Positions 14,401-26,170 of a DNA stretch of 64,000 nt are shown in pieces (positions within the stretch are counted from its first letter, which is position 1; the number at the start of each line of letters is the position of its first letter). The position numbers were made by a program, and so were the translations under genes. Where the stretch lies: assembly GCF_000711695.1 (NCBI RefSeq), contig NW_013547020.1:62001-126000 (forward strand), read 5' to 3'. The notes below the pieces were generated by a model, which had not been told where the DNA came from, ran no database searches, and worked only from the letters and a program-made list of their open reading frames with translations. This DNA is from Tilletiaria anomala UBC 951. Lineage: Eukaryota.

Positions 14401-17400
14401 AGCTGACGAGGGCGCATGTGACGAGAAAGATCTCCGAGCATTGTATCAATTCTTCAATCACGTCACAAAATCGGCTGCAGCCGACAAGCGCATGCACACC
14501 TTCGTGGTCGATTGCGTCTTATATCTGCGACAAGCTGAGCACAAGGATTCTGGGGTCAATCTTTCTCTTGCTATTGACTACCTCGCGCTCGCAAACCGTG
14601 CACTGGACGCCGGGATGTTCACGGCTGCGGCTATGTTCATCGAGATTCACCGCGAGTCAAGAAGCAGACAAAGCCTTGATCCAGATGCGCAGCTCGAGTC
14701 ATCTTTGCTGGATCAGGTCTACAGCAATGTTGATGACCCCGACAGCTTCTACAGCATCCCAACGTCGGGGTCACACGCAGCGCTACTGGAACTCATGCAC
14801 CACGAAGGCCGCTGGCAATTCGCCTTTGAGATCGCAGCAGCATATTTCGAAGTGGATCGACAGTTGGAATCTCGTACAAGCGTAGCGACTATGGCCACAC
14901 CTCTTCATCAACTTGGCTTCAATGCATTTGCGACCAGCTTGATCAACACCCGTGATGCGCAGCCATCAGGTCAATCAAATCACATCCAATACGACATGGC
15001 CTGGCAATCCGCCAACTGGGATCTACCAGCACACGGCGACAATGCAGATGCGGGAAGTGGCCAGACACTTTATCAAGCGCTCAGGGCGGTAACATTTGCT
15101 CACGACAAAAGCCACGCCGTCGAGGCAGTGTCACTTGCGCTCAGACGGCAATTGCAAGGATTTGGCCGCATGGCTTCTGAGCCAGGAAAGGCTTTGAGCG
15201 CCTCCTGCCTTGAATTGATCGGTCTATCCGAAGTCCAATCATGGCTCGACAAATGCAAGCGCAGTCCAATGAGCATGTCAGCATTGGAAGCCATCAGCGC
15301 AGACTATATGAGGGAGCCGCCTTCCGGAGTAGAGTGAGTTTACGATAGTTCCTGTTGGAACTTGACGCTAACTCTGACTCCAAACAGTTCGCAGGTGAGG
15401 GTGCGAATTCTGCAAGTACGCAAGTCCCTTGCGTATGGATGTCGATCCGCTCTAGTCAGGACTTCCGTAGGCGGTTGGAACGACGAAGGTGTCGCACGAG
15501 CTGTGAAGATCGAATCACACCTGTGCAGAGAAATTGCAAAAGCGGCCCGAGTGGAGAAGAGACTGCAAGCCGCTCTCGCCATGAGCAAGCTGGTTCAAAA
15601 CCTGGAAGAATCGACAGGACAGATCGAATTCAGCAGCGTTCTCGAATTTGCTCAGACACTGTGGTCGTATGGGCAACATACAGCCGCCCAGAACTACTTG
15701 ACGCAGGCGATGACCGATAGGTTGCGCATACCACTGGCTCTTGACGATGGCGACATTGGCGAGGGACTTACTCAATCAGTGAGAAAAGTGCAGCTGTCGT
15801 ATTCTCGAAAATAGTGCAAAAGCTGAATCTTCTCGACCCAGGGCGTCTGGCACGCTGAGGCAAGGTCCGAGCAACCGCAAGTGATCGAGGATAATTACTT
15901 TCAGCGGGCTCTCAAATTGTCGACAGGCTCGAGTGTTAATGTGACGCAGCAATCGAAGGTCTTTCACCGCTTCGCATCATTCGCTCACGATCAATATATT
16001 AGAGACGCGAGCAGTGGCGAGATTGCTCGGCTCAAAGAAGCAGTCGAAAAGCGAACGGAGGAAGTCCGTCAACACGAGGCGTTGGAGCGCAGCTCGCGAG
16101 AGTATTCTCATCAACACTCTCGTCACGCTCGAACTATCCTGGAACAAGATCGCGCCTCATTGAGCATGTTGGAAAGGCGCCAAGCTGCCGCTTTGGAGCA
16201 GGCCTTGACGATGTTTGCACAATCGTTCATAACATCAGACTTATTCGACAATAGTCTCATTCGATTTACCTCCCTTTGGTTTGAGAATTCGGCTAACAAC
16301 ATTCTGAATGCCAAGATCGAGAATCTGATCAACAAGATTCCGTCTCACAAGTTCGTGCTGCTGACACATCAAATATCCGCACGCCTCAGCAAGCCTGGCG
16401 CATCCCCTTACGCAACGCCAGAAGAGCCGAATCGACAGCGATTTCATCGGATCATTTCTCTTACAATGGCGAGGATGTGCAAAGACCATCCTTTCCATAC
16501 CATGTACTCTCTCTACGCTATGCGCAGCCGCAACGTCACTGCCGAGAGTCAGAAGTCCTCCTCCAGGCGACGCGCCACTCTGACCCCGTCAGTCGCTCCC
16601 TCGCAGACATTACGCGCCGCTGCAGCTGACGAGATATGGGATGCGCTGCTGCGTCAAAAGGAGCGGCGGGGTCAGCTCCGTGACTTCTCTCTAGCCTGCG
16701 ACTCCTATGTCGAGTGGGCTATACTTGATTTGCATAACTATGGCACCCGCTTTTTTAACAAATCGGGAACCTTGAAGCAAAGCAAGGACATCAAGCTCCC
16801 CTCTTCCCGAGAGCTCAAGTTGGCAGCACTCCATGACCTCCCTATTCCAGTCGCTACCATCGATCTGCCTGTTGATATTTCCTGCAAGTACGAGTCGTTT
16901 GTTGGTGTGGCGAGATACTCCTCCACGTTCAGCACCGCTGGAGGCATCCATCTGCCGAAAATTAGCGATTGTATCGGCAGCGATGGCCAGAGATATCGAC
17001 AGCTGGTGAGGACACTCCTATGTGATCACTAGAGTACTCTCTCTGACAAATGTGCCCTCGTTGAACCAGTTCAAAAACAACGATGACCTCCGTCAGGATG
17101 CGGTAATGCAGCAGGTTTTCCGGATTGTTAATGGGCTCCTCGAGGAAGACACCCAGTCCCGTCGCCGGAATCTCCGAATGCGAACATACATCGTGCGCCC
17201 ACTGGGGGACCAGTGGGGACTGCTGCAGTTCGTGAGCAATACAAAGCCAATCGGAGAACCGTTGCTCGACTTGCATTCGAGGTGTGTATCAATCATGCTC
17301 CACAAGATGTGCTGATTGTTGACACAAGCTCTGCTTCAGACATCGTCGAAAGGGCGAAATCACTCCTCACGAAGGGCGCGGTGCTATTGCTGCTGTGGGC

Positions 17401-18370
17401 AAGGCGTCGAAGTCTCAACGGCTATATGTGTTTGAGGACTGCTGTCGCAAGCTGCCTCCAATTTTTCGCCGTTTCTTCACGGAAGAATTCAAAGACCCGA
17501 TGGCGTGGTTTTCTTCTCGTCTGACGTACACCAGGAGCGTCGCAGTGGGCTCGATCGTAGGATACGTCCTAGGTCTTGGCGACAGACACTTATCGAACAT
17601 TCTCATCGATGTTGCCAACGGAGAGCTCGTTCACATCGACTTTGGAATTGCTTTCGACCAAGTGAGTGTGATTTCAATTCACACGCATCGTTGCCGCAAT
17701 GTTGACAATGGGGCATACTGCTGTCTTTGCTTTAGGGCAAGCTGCTTCCCATTCCGGAACTTGTGCCCTTCCGTCTTACCCGTGACATTGTCGATGGGAT
17801 GGGGATGCCCGGCATTGACGGCGCCTTCCGGCAATGCTGTCAGCAGACGCTGCGCGTCCTCCGGCAGGGTACTGAGTTGATCAAAACAATTCTCGAGGTT
17901 TTCAAATATGATCCCTTGTTCAGCTGGTGAGATTCACTGGTGCATCCAGCACCGGCTGTGGAGACCAGTATTCACTCAAACCCGCTTTTTGCACTTCTTC
18001 CAGGACGGCCAACCCTGTCAAAGCCATCCGTGCGCAAGAACGCGATGATGTCTCTGACGGCAACACTACCCGTAGCGGGCTTATGCCGCCCGATATCACA
18101 AACGGGGCCCCCATCAGTACCGCAGAGATTAGTGCTGATCGTGCCGTTGCGACGGTCATGCAAAAGCTCGCTCCGACTCTGAGCGTGGAATACACAGTCA
18201 ACGACCTGATTCAGCAGGCACGCGATCCCCAGAACTTGGCCGTCATTTTCAATGGTGAGTCGATCGTGCTTGAGCCCAAAGCTGAGTCAGTCGATGCACT
18301 TCATCGAGTCTGACTCTGACTCTCGCACGGCCTCCTTCCCCACCGCATAGGCTGGCAAGCATTGCTTTGA
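8439..18370 (+). CDS. TEL1: Tel1/ATM serine/threonine PIKK kinase; about 9 exons
   Basis: N-terminal TAN motif [17 protein letters not shown] region ([28 protein letters not shown]); kinase motifs [50 protein letters not shown] ending [18 protein letters not shown]. Frames are restored by GT-AG introns at about 9839-9915, 15334-15387, 15779-15841, 17006-17069 and four more to 18350. Confidence 0.95.
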
Positions 18371-18565
18371 GCAGAGAACAGTCCTGGTTCCTCTCTCCGT
18401 TCATCTAGACGTCAAACCCATTTTTTGCATATTCCCAGCATGGCCTAACCACGCATTCTCATGACCACCTCGTTTGGAGTGAGCCAAAAGCACCACACCA
18501 TCGTATAGTAGAAAAACTTGCAGCCGATCATGCGTATGCATTGTAGTCGCCTAAATAATTTCTCT

Positions 18566-19697
18566 TTACGACGAAGAGGGAGAGGTTTGAGACTCATTCG
18601 CCTCGGCCAACAGTCTAGCGCTGAGAATCTTCGCATTGACATTGCGAATGTTCTGACTCGCTCTCTGTGGGTTGAATTCGTGCAATTTAGCAAACGCCTC
18701 GAACGTGAGAAGCAAAACATACGGGACTAACGGTACTCACTTCGATCCCGCCGTCAAAGGCGCGCTTGTAGGCGATCAACGCTTCTTCAAGCTGTTCCAC
18801 TGCTTCAAGCACGGCTGCAAGGTTGTACTGAATCTCAGGGTCGGACGGTGAGATGGAGGCGGCGGTCCTGCACAAGAGACGGAGAGGAAAGCGAGCAAGA
18901 CGGCCCTGGTGTTAGAAGCTGCTGACCCAGAGTGTGCGCAAGCACATGCACAAGAACACAATAATCCCAGAGCTTCAATTGCTCACTTGAGATGTTTGAC
19001 TGCCAGATCGGGTCGGCTGGGCGAACTGAGTGCATAAGCCGATGCCAAATTGGTGTGCGTATCCGAAGAATTGGGGGAGATTCGCAGTGAGTCCTCCCAG
19101 CTCTTGATCGCATTAGGAAGGTCCTCTACTCGAGCAGAATGAAGAGGATGAAGCGGTCAGGAGCGCGAAATACTTCTATTATCAATGCGGAACACTCACG
19201 TTCGTGATAGTAGCATACACCGAGGTTGAATAAAGCGGTGGATGTCTCCTTGACCTCTATTGATTTCTTGTATGCGTCCTTTACCACCGAGCGCGGCGAA
19301 ATGGTTAACATGAGGCAGGTACTTCGGCTTTTTCTCAAGCCTCAAATATTACCAGACTCACCTTTGCCTTGTCGACCTGCCCGTTCTCGAGAAACGTGGT
19401 TCCTTCATCGGAGAAACGAAGCGCCTCTGCGTGGGAGGGATCTTCGACGCTGGAGGCTTCGGTTGTGGACGTGGCATAGGTCCGCAAGCCAGAACGCAGA
19501 AGGGGATGCATTTTATTTCTGGTTGTTTCTGAACGCAGCAGAGTTGCAGAAGCAATTGACGAGCTAGCCGCCTGGTTGAGAGCGGGCGAGCTCCGTAGCT
19601 TGGGGAATTGTACCACCTGCTTGCTGCACATGCGACATTGGAGCGATGCTGGCCGCAACAACGCACGACGGGCTGCGCTTTGAAGAAGCATTGTCAT
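18566..19697 (-). CDS. TPR-repeat protein with probable mitochondrial presequence; 5 exons
   Basis: Arg/Ser/Ala/Leu-rich, acid-poor N-terminus (MLLQSAARRALLRPASLQCR...RTYAT). Spliced TPR helices ALFNLGVCYYHE, DTHTNLASAY and PEIQYNLAAVLEAVEQLEEALIAYKRA. Last exon RASQNIRNVNAKIL...SS* ends at 18566. Confidence 0.75.
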
Positions 19698-20011
19698 TGG
19701 ATGAGCTTCCTCTTTCCTGCAATGTTTTGCCGTATGTCTACCAATTCGTCAGGTATGTGCAGCATGTCCAAATGACCACAATACCATGATCCATGAAAGA
19801 GGGAGATAGGGAGGAAGCTGCTGCTCCCATCCAGAAGCATGAACTGTCTCCGAAGTCTACAATGACGCTTGTCCGAGTTCCGAATTGTGATTGGTTGAGC
19901 TTTTAATGGTGCAGTTAGGGTTATGAAAGCCAAGTCAAATAGAGTGGGGCGCGAGCCCACGACCCATGGCTTGGGCCAGGCGGACGACTCGGCCGTGGGT
20001 GACTGCTTGGC

Positions 20012-20022
20012 ACGCGACGCGT
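20012..20022. promoter_or_regulatory. Double MCB-like element ACGCGACGCGT in the TPR/RTC4-like divergent promoter
   Basis: Seen directly, about 380 bp upstream of the RTC4-like ATG. Confidence 0.5.
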
Positions 20023-20404
20023 TCCTTGCCCGTAGCCTGCGGAAACGGCGGCAACGTGAGAGTGAGATTGTGAAAGCGGTGGTGGAGAGGGGAGAGTGCG
20101 TGCCGCTGACAGACCCCAGCGGGATGCTCTCTCGAGCATCTCTTCCGCTCATTTTGTCAAAGGTATCGGGGATACCTTCGTCCACAGCATGCTTGCGGCC
20201 GTGGATATATCGGACAGACTCTTTTGATGATGCAGAAAGAAGCCTGCCTCTGGAGTCCGTATATGTCTGAGGTAGTGTGCACGCCGCGTCTAAGACAGGT
20301 TCAATGCAGGTCCGCACTCTGAAGCTCGGATCGCGAGACGATACAACGGCAACTCCGTGCGTCCTTGATTAGGACGCTCGCCAGCTCTCATTTGAAAGGT
20401 CAGT

Positions 20405-23400
20405 ATGTCAAGCATCAGCGCGAGCCGAATAACGCCATACATCAGCCCATTCCAGACGCCGGGGTACGGCTATGCCGAGACGGTGGTCCCTGGCACATTC
20501 GAAAAAATTCCCTCACAGTTTCTGCCGCCGAGCCAGCAGCCTTCCAGCAGTGAAGATGCACCGATCGAATTCGAAGATGAAGCCGCACCGATCGAGTCGT
20601 CGTGGAATATGCAACAGCACATGCTTCGGTATCCTCAGCGAAGTTCCTCCCCGGTTCACCATCAACCACAGCAGCCGCAGCACCACAGGTACCAGCACCA
20701 CCAGCAGAAGGATCAACGCGCAGCGCCCCAATTTTACCAACCTTCACTGTTTCATGGCACTGAAGCCCTCGCAGAATCATCCCCATCCTACTCCCCACGC
20801 CATGAAGCTCATCCGAGCCCTAGTAAGCGTGCCCGCCATGAACAGGAGCGTGTGCAACCCTCAGCCGCAAACCCCGCCATGCATGGCGGCGAATACACAT
20901 CTGCACAGCCGTCCTACCATTCTTCTCAGGCGTTTCTTCCATCGAGCCAAGTGACGCAAGCCGAGCCGAACGCAAAAGTATCGCCTTCGCCCTCCCTGCC
21001 TTCAAGCTACCAGTCATATCAACAGGTCACATACTATGACGACTCTGCTAACATTCGCCGCAGCAGCCACATGCAGCAATTCTCGTTATCTCAATCAATC
21101 TTGTCGCAGAACCAGACTGCACATACATCCACCTCGTATGAAGCGCCTGAGCGAGGATCGTACCTGTTACCCACTGGGATCCAGAGGCAGCGGGACAGCT
21201 CGCCGGCCAATGCGTCTGGGGTCTCGGGGTCCTCGCAGTTTGTGAGCGACTTGGGGGCTCTGGGTGGAGGGTGGGACGGGTATATGGACACCATTGGACT
21301 CTCCAGGAGCAGAAGCAGCAGCTCTGGCTCGGACAGCGGTAATAAATACCAGCATGCTCATATCGACAGTCCTTCTGGCGTCCTTGGGACCATGGGATAT
21401 CGTGATCAAGGGCATATAACCGCGCCTGACGCCAATGGAACAGGAAGGGGAGGAGGTAGAGGAGCGAGATCTGGAGAAGCGGGAGATAGAGGAAGGGGAG
21501 CAACGATGCAATTGGAAGGGTTGTTTAGCGCGATTTCGGCCGATGACAGTCTGAAAAATCTTGATCAGAAAGGTGCTTCTGCATACAGGAAAGTATTCGC
21601 CCAGCTCGGCTTCCCCGTCACAATGTCCGCTAGAGGGTCAGTTCCAACGCCTGCATCTGCGTTTACAGGGGAACCAGAACCGGCATTGTCGATGAGCTCT
21701 ACATCCAGTGACTTTTTTTCGCAGCAGTGGCACATCGCCAAGTCGCCGGATGCGTCTTTGGCCCCATTTGCTTCATCGCCGCCATCGCTCGTTGCTTTCG
21801 ATTATCCTCTCATTGTTTCGCCAACAGCATCGACCGCAATGGCGGTGGTGGCGCCAGTACCCGCAGCAGTGGAAAGAAGGAGTCGGCCCAAGAACCAGAA
21901 AACACACGAGCTTACATCCAACAAGTTTGCAGGAATTGATCATGAGCAGAAGGACAATTCATTCTTCGCTCCAGTCACCTCACAGCCAGCGCTTTATGCT
22001 ATTACTGATGGCATCAACGCCTCGCCAACAGTTACAGCGGCGGCGGCCCTAGTGGCACAGTTGAGGGCTTGGTCCAAGGGACAAGGAAAACGAGGGGATT
22101 CAGCCAAAGAACCTGCAGAAACCCATCAGGAGCAGCTGGATGATTCGGTTGGGCTTTCGAGAAAAAGCAGCAGAAACAGCAACGTTCCGGACGCGAGCTC
22201 GCAGACGCTGGTTCCAACCCAGAGCTCGCAGGGAATCGGGAAGGGCAAATCGAAACAAATACGCCGCAGCAACGGCGATGATGAGTTGGAATCGAGCCAA
22301 TCCCTGCCGCAGTCTCAGTCGCAGCCTCAATCGCAATCGCAGCGTCCGCGCGCAAGGCTGAAGAAGATCAACATTGAAAAGTATTCGGACATCGATGGCG
22401 AGAAGATCGGTTTGGTCCTTGCAGAAATGGGAGGAAAGGAAGGTATCGATTCTGCCATTAAAACCTCTCAGAAGGAGAGGACCAAACTCAGGCACGTGCT
22501 CGATCCTCGCAGGACAGCTCCGAGCCATTGACGGGAAAGCACTGAACGCTTACTCCTTTTTCGCGCCTGTCATGTGCAGGCGACAACTCAATTCAAGCCC
22601 GAAGATTCCGACAAATGCGCGAAGATTGAAGAAATGTCCCTTCTGCGAGGAGACCTGGCCTTCGTGTCCATCCGGACCGCTCTGTCTCGAGATGCAACCG
22701 TGGCTTGACAAGATCCACGAACGTGGTCTCTCTTCCATCGAGCGCATGGACATCGTCGGGATCTGCAAGCGTCATCGCGCCGAGTCGGTCATTATCCCAG
22801 AAGGCAAACGTCAGGGATGGCCGATGAAGCTGAATAAGACCAAGCTAGAGGAGCGTGCGGTCCGCGATCACGTTTGGAGTCGCATCGTCCACCTCACGCG
22901 CGAACCAGAGGGAAGCTTGCACTTCGAGAAGCTCAAGGAGCGACACTTGCAAAAAGGAAAGAAAGCTTCCAGTGGTGTACTGCAATTTGAGCAGATGGAA
23001 GGGGAACAGGCTGGGTAGTGAGTTGAATGCATCAATACGTCCTGTGGGCGCGGTTCCTAGTAGGCTCATGTTTTCTTCCTCTTCGTCACCACTCCAGTTA
23101 TGGCCAGATCGGATGGGCCCTATTCTTTAAAATCATTATGCGCGATCTATGCAACACGGCGGATCGCACCAAGAACGTATTTGCGAATGACTCAGAGCTC
23201 AACTCTCGAATCGCGCCTCTGACGCCCAACCAATTCATCACGGGCGTGATGATACCAGAGCTCTGCTCGCTGCTCATCGCGCAGGACCTCCAAGCAGCGG
23301 GGAAGCCGTGCTCGCTAGCAGATGCAGACGTGTTGCGGTTAAAGAGCATTGCGTATGGCAACGCCATGTTCCCCCTCCGTGACAATTCTGAAAGTGCAAG

Positions 23401-23599
23401 CGACAGCGATGCCGACTGCGACAAAGGCAAGTCGATGGCTTCACAGAGGCGCAAGAAGGAGGCAGAAGGGGCGCCTGCCGCTGCTCCGGCTAGCATGCGC
23501 ACCACGAGAACGACAGTCAATGGCGCCCAGCAGGCTATCAAAAGCAAAAGACGAGTCTCGCGCCACCTGTCCGACAGCACGTCCAGCGATGAAGCCTGA
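20405..23599 (+). CDS. RTC4: RTC4-like domain protein (restriction of telomere capping 4 family) with a long low-complexity N-terminus; 3 exons
   Basis: Exons 20405-22491, 22580-23017 and 23098-23599 splice in frame. The C-terminal part has CPFCEE, CKRHRAE..IIPEGKRQGWP, AGYYGQIG (created by splicing), FITGVMIPEL...LIAQDL and SIAYGNAMFP, typical of the fungal RTC4 domain. Confidence 0.75.
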
Positions 23600-23722
23600 G
23601 TGTCTTGTATTGCACTGTAATGCAGCAACCCTATTCGTACGCTGCATCATTAATAGCAATACAATGTGTACATGTGTGCGCTCACAAGCGCTCGCGTCAG
23701 CCATTCGGTGGCGTGGAGCGCT

Positions 23723-25699
23723 TTAAAGACCTCTCTTGGACAAATCGGCCAGCACGTGGTCAAGGTCAGGCGTGACGACGAACTTGCGTTCGATCTCGCC
23801 CAAAGACGTGGCCGTACCAGCGTTTGGGTTGAGCACCATGAGTTGTTGCAAGAATGTCGCTGGCGATCCGCCCGTAACATCCAGGACGACGAGATTATCG
23901 CGCGTGTTCGCATTTTCGCTGTCAGCAGCCGCCGCAGCACGGTCAGCTGCCGGGCGACCAAGATGGAAAGCGACGCGGCCGTCACGGTAGAGATTGAGCG
24001 ACCCGATCCGTCCCTCGGGCGGACCTTTTCGCTTCGTTGTGACCGGTTTCTTCTCGTCTCCATCCTCCTTCTTGACGCCGCTCCCGCCTGCCGATGAACC
24101 GGCAACCGTGGAACTCAAGTTCGAGGCGGAATCGCCTGACGTTTCGGGGCCGGGCGTTGTGCATGGACTAGGTGTGACGCCCGCTGCGCCGCCACCGCCC
24201 GCTGTGTCTGGCGCAAAGACAACTCCTTTGCTCGGCCTTTTCTTGAGAAGCTGTGCTGCACGCGGCTTCTCATCATCATCGTTTTCGTCGGAAACTGTAC
24301 CGGGACCCGCACGCTTCGATTTGGAGCCTGACAAGTCTGCAGGTGGCGGTACAGTAGTTGTCCGTGGGATGACGAAGCCAGGGAAAGGTTGCGGGAACTG
24401 GAAAAGGTAAAGGCGCTCTTCAGGCTCCGTGCCAATATCTTCATTCGCCACAAAGTAGTCGAGCAGATTATCAAGCAGTTCTTCGTCTTCGCTCTCAGAC
24501 AAGTCAAGCGCGTTGTCTGTTTTGCCGTCGTGTGCGTCTGCGTCGTCCTCGAGGTCTCGCTCGGCGGATGGCATCTGGCTTGTTTCGCCGCACCTCTTTA
24601 CGTCGGCAGGGGCAGTCCCCATTGTCTTGTCGCAGTCCGCATCTGGCTCCTTTTTCACGCTTTTGATCCCGTGCTCTACAGCTTCTTCTTTGATTCTGCC
24701 CTTGCCATTGGCTTTGCTCCTGCCTTTCTTCCTCCCTGCCTCTTGTTCTCCCTCTTCCTTGGCCTTGGCAAACCTGTACTTGGGTAGTGCGCGCGGCGCA
24801 TAGGCATCCTCGCGCTCTAGGTCCTCTGCAACCATTCTTCCATCTGCGCGCACGCCGAGCTCGACATCATCATCATCCGACAATGCTTCCCTGTCCGCCA
24901 GGTCGAGGTCGTGCTTGGCATCCCTGAAGCGGTTGGGATCCAATTTGAATCCGCTAGGACCTGCTGCGCTGGTGCTGGCATTTGAGTGCCGTGAGCCCTC
25001 GTCTTCCACGGACGGATATGAGGATGCCCCCCCGCTGATGCCAAGGCGCGCCGAGGCGCCGGCCGCTGAGCGAGGCGGACCGCCTGGACCTTGTGAGAAG
25101 GGGCCCGAAGCATGCAATGGTTCTGGCGCAAAAGATCCTCCTGCTCCGCGCCCGCGTCCACGCCCACGTCCACCAGCTCCTGCCGCCCCTCGCATAAAAG
25201 CTGCGCCGCGACCAGCAAACGAGCGAGGGCCCGAGCCCGCTTGGTGAATCGTGGAAGACGATTCTGCTGACGAGGGAGAAGGGCGATTCCGGCGCTGTGG
25301 CATGATGGGTCTGAATACCATCTTGCCAACTCCGCTTCCTCCGCCTACAGAGGCGCCTGCAGCGGGGGTACCGCTCGCTGAAGAGGCCAGAACAGATGGT
25401 GGTCGTGCGGTGCCCATCGATACGGGCGCAGCCGCCATCGGCGGTCGTGCAGCGCCCATCGAGACGCCACTCCCCTTCACTGCAGATGCCAAAGGCGTCC
25501 CCGATCTGCTCGAGGGCATTGCCAGACCTATGCGAGAACGGGGCACACTTGTCGATGCGGATGCTCCGGTGGCTGGGGCACCGGCAGGCCCTGGCCCGGG
25601 CGGCGCCACCGCCGCTGCTGCTGCTGCTGCAGCTGCACCCGATGCACCATCTCCCGAGATCTCCGAGCCTGGGGCGGCTGTGCTGCGCTTGGGAGGCAT
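23723..25699 (-). CDS. RPC53: RNA polymerase III subunit RPC4/C53
   Basis: Intronless 658-aa ORF with LYLFQFP and a C-terminal Rpc4 domain PEGRIGSLNLYRDGRV...LDVTGG...FLQQL...LGEIERKFVVTPD. Confidence 0.88.
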   Translation of the reverse strand: MPPKRSTAAPGSEISGDGASGAAAAAAAAAVAPPGPGPAGAPATGASASTSVPRSRIGLAMPSSRSGTPLASAVKGSGVSMGAARPPMAAAPVSMGTARPPSVLASSASGTPAAGASVGGGSGVGKMVFRPIMPQRRNRPSPSSAESSSTIHQAGSGPRSFAGRGAAFMRGAAGAGGRGRGRGRGAGGSFAPEPLHASGPFSQGPGGPPRSAAGASARLGISGGASSYPSVEDEGSRHSNASTSAAGPSGFKLDPNRFRDAKHDLDLADREALSDDDDVELGVRADGRMVAEDLEREDAYAPRALPKYRFAKAKEEGEQEAGRKKGRSKANGKGRIKEEAVEHGIKSVKKEPDADCDKTMGTAPADVKRCGETSQMPSAERDLEDDADAHDGKTDNALDLSESEDEELLDNLLDYFVANEDIGTEPEERLYLFQFPQPFPGFVIPRTTTVPPPADLSGSKSKRAGPGTVSDENDDDEKPRAAQLLKKRPSKGVVFAPDTAGGGGAAGVTPSPCTTPGPETSGDSASNLSSTVAGSSAGGSGVKKEDGDEKKPVTTKRKGPPEGRIGSLNLYRDGRVAFHLGRPAADRAAAAADSENANTRDNLVVLDVTGGSPATFLQQLMVLNPNAGTATSLGEIERKFVVTPDLDHVLADLSKRGL

Positions 25700-26170
25700 C
25701 TCTATTTTGCTCTGACGACAGCCTGTCTATTGATAGTAGGTATCAGGTCAAGACCATCCGTTACTGCGAAGTTGTGCAGGTCATGGTAGCTACCCTCTGG
25801 CGAGAGAATGAGAATCGGAATTGTTGCTGTTTCGCTGTGCAGCCTGGCCCGAGTCCCATATTCCGAGTTCCGTAATAATGTTTGCAAAAAGTAGGGTTGG
25901 GTGACATGCAGCCTGGACAAAAACAGCAAAAGGAGTGGATGGGTGGCCCGACCGCGCCTGTCCTCTCCTCAATCATGGCAAGCCTCTCTCTCCTCCCAAC
26001 AGAAGCAACATTCATCAATTCCTCGCCACGGCGCCCTCGAGAGCATTTCCAATCCATGCACATTTATGTATCCTTGCTACCAAATACAACGTATCAGCTT
26101 GTGCTTTCATAGATATATCACCCCTTCGGCACAGCGGACAGAGCTTAGCACGAACGCACATTTGCCCAGC

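Noticed and set aside
19694..20317. 207-aa minus-strand ORF upstream of the TPR gene
   Set aside because: Non-ATG start, no motifs, and it spans a divergent promoter; probably spurious.
22300..22345. Short tandem SQ/PQ-coding repeats (and poly-Ala/Gln GCT/GCA runs at 25610, 50040, 50580)
   Set aside because: Ordinary low-complexity coding repeats, not CRISPR or mobile-element repeats.
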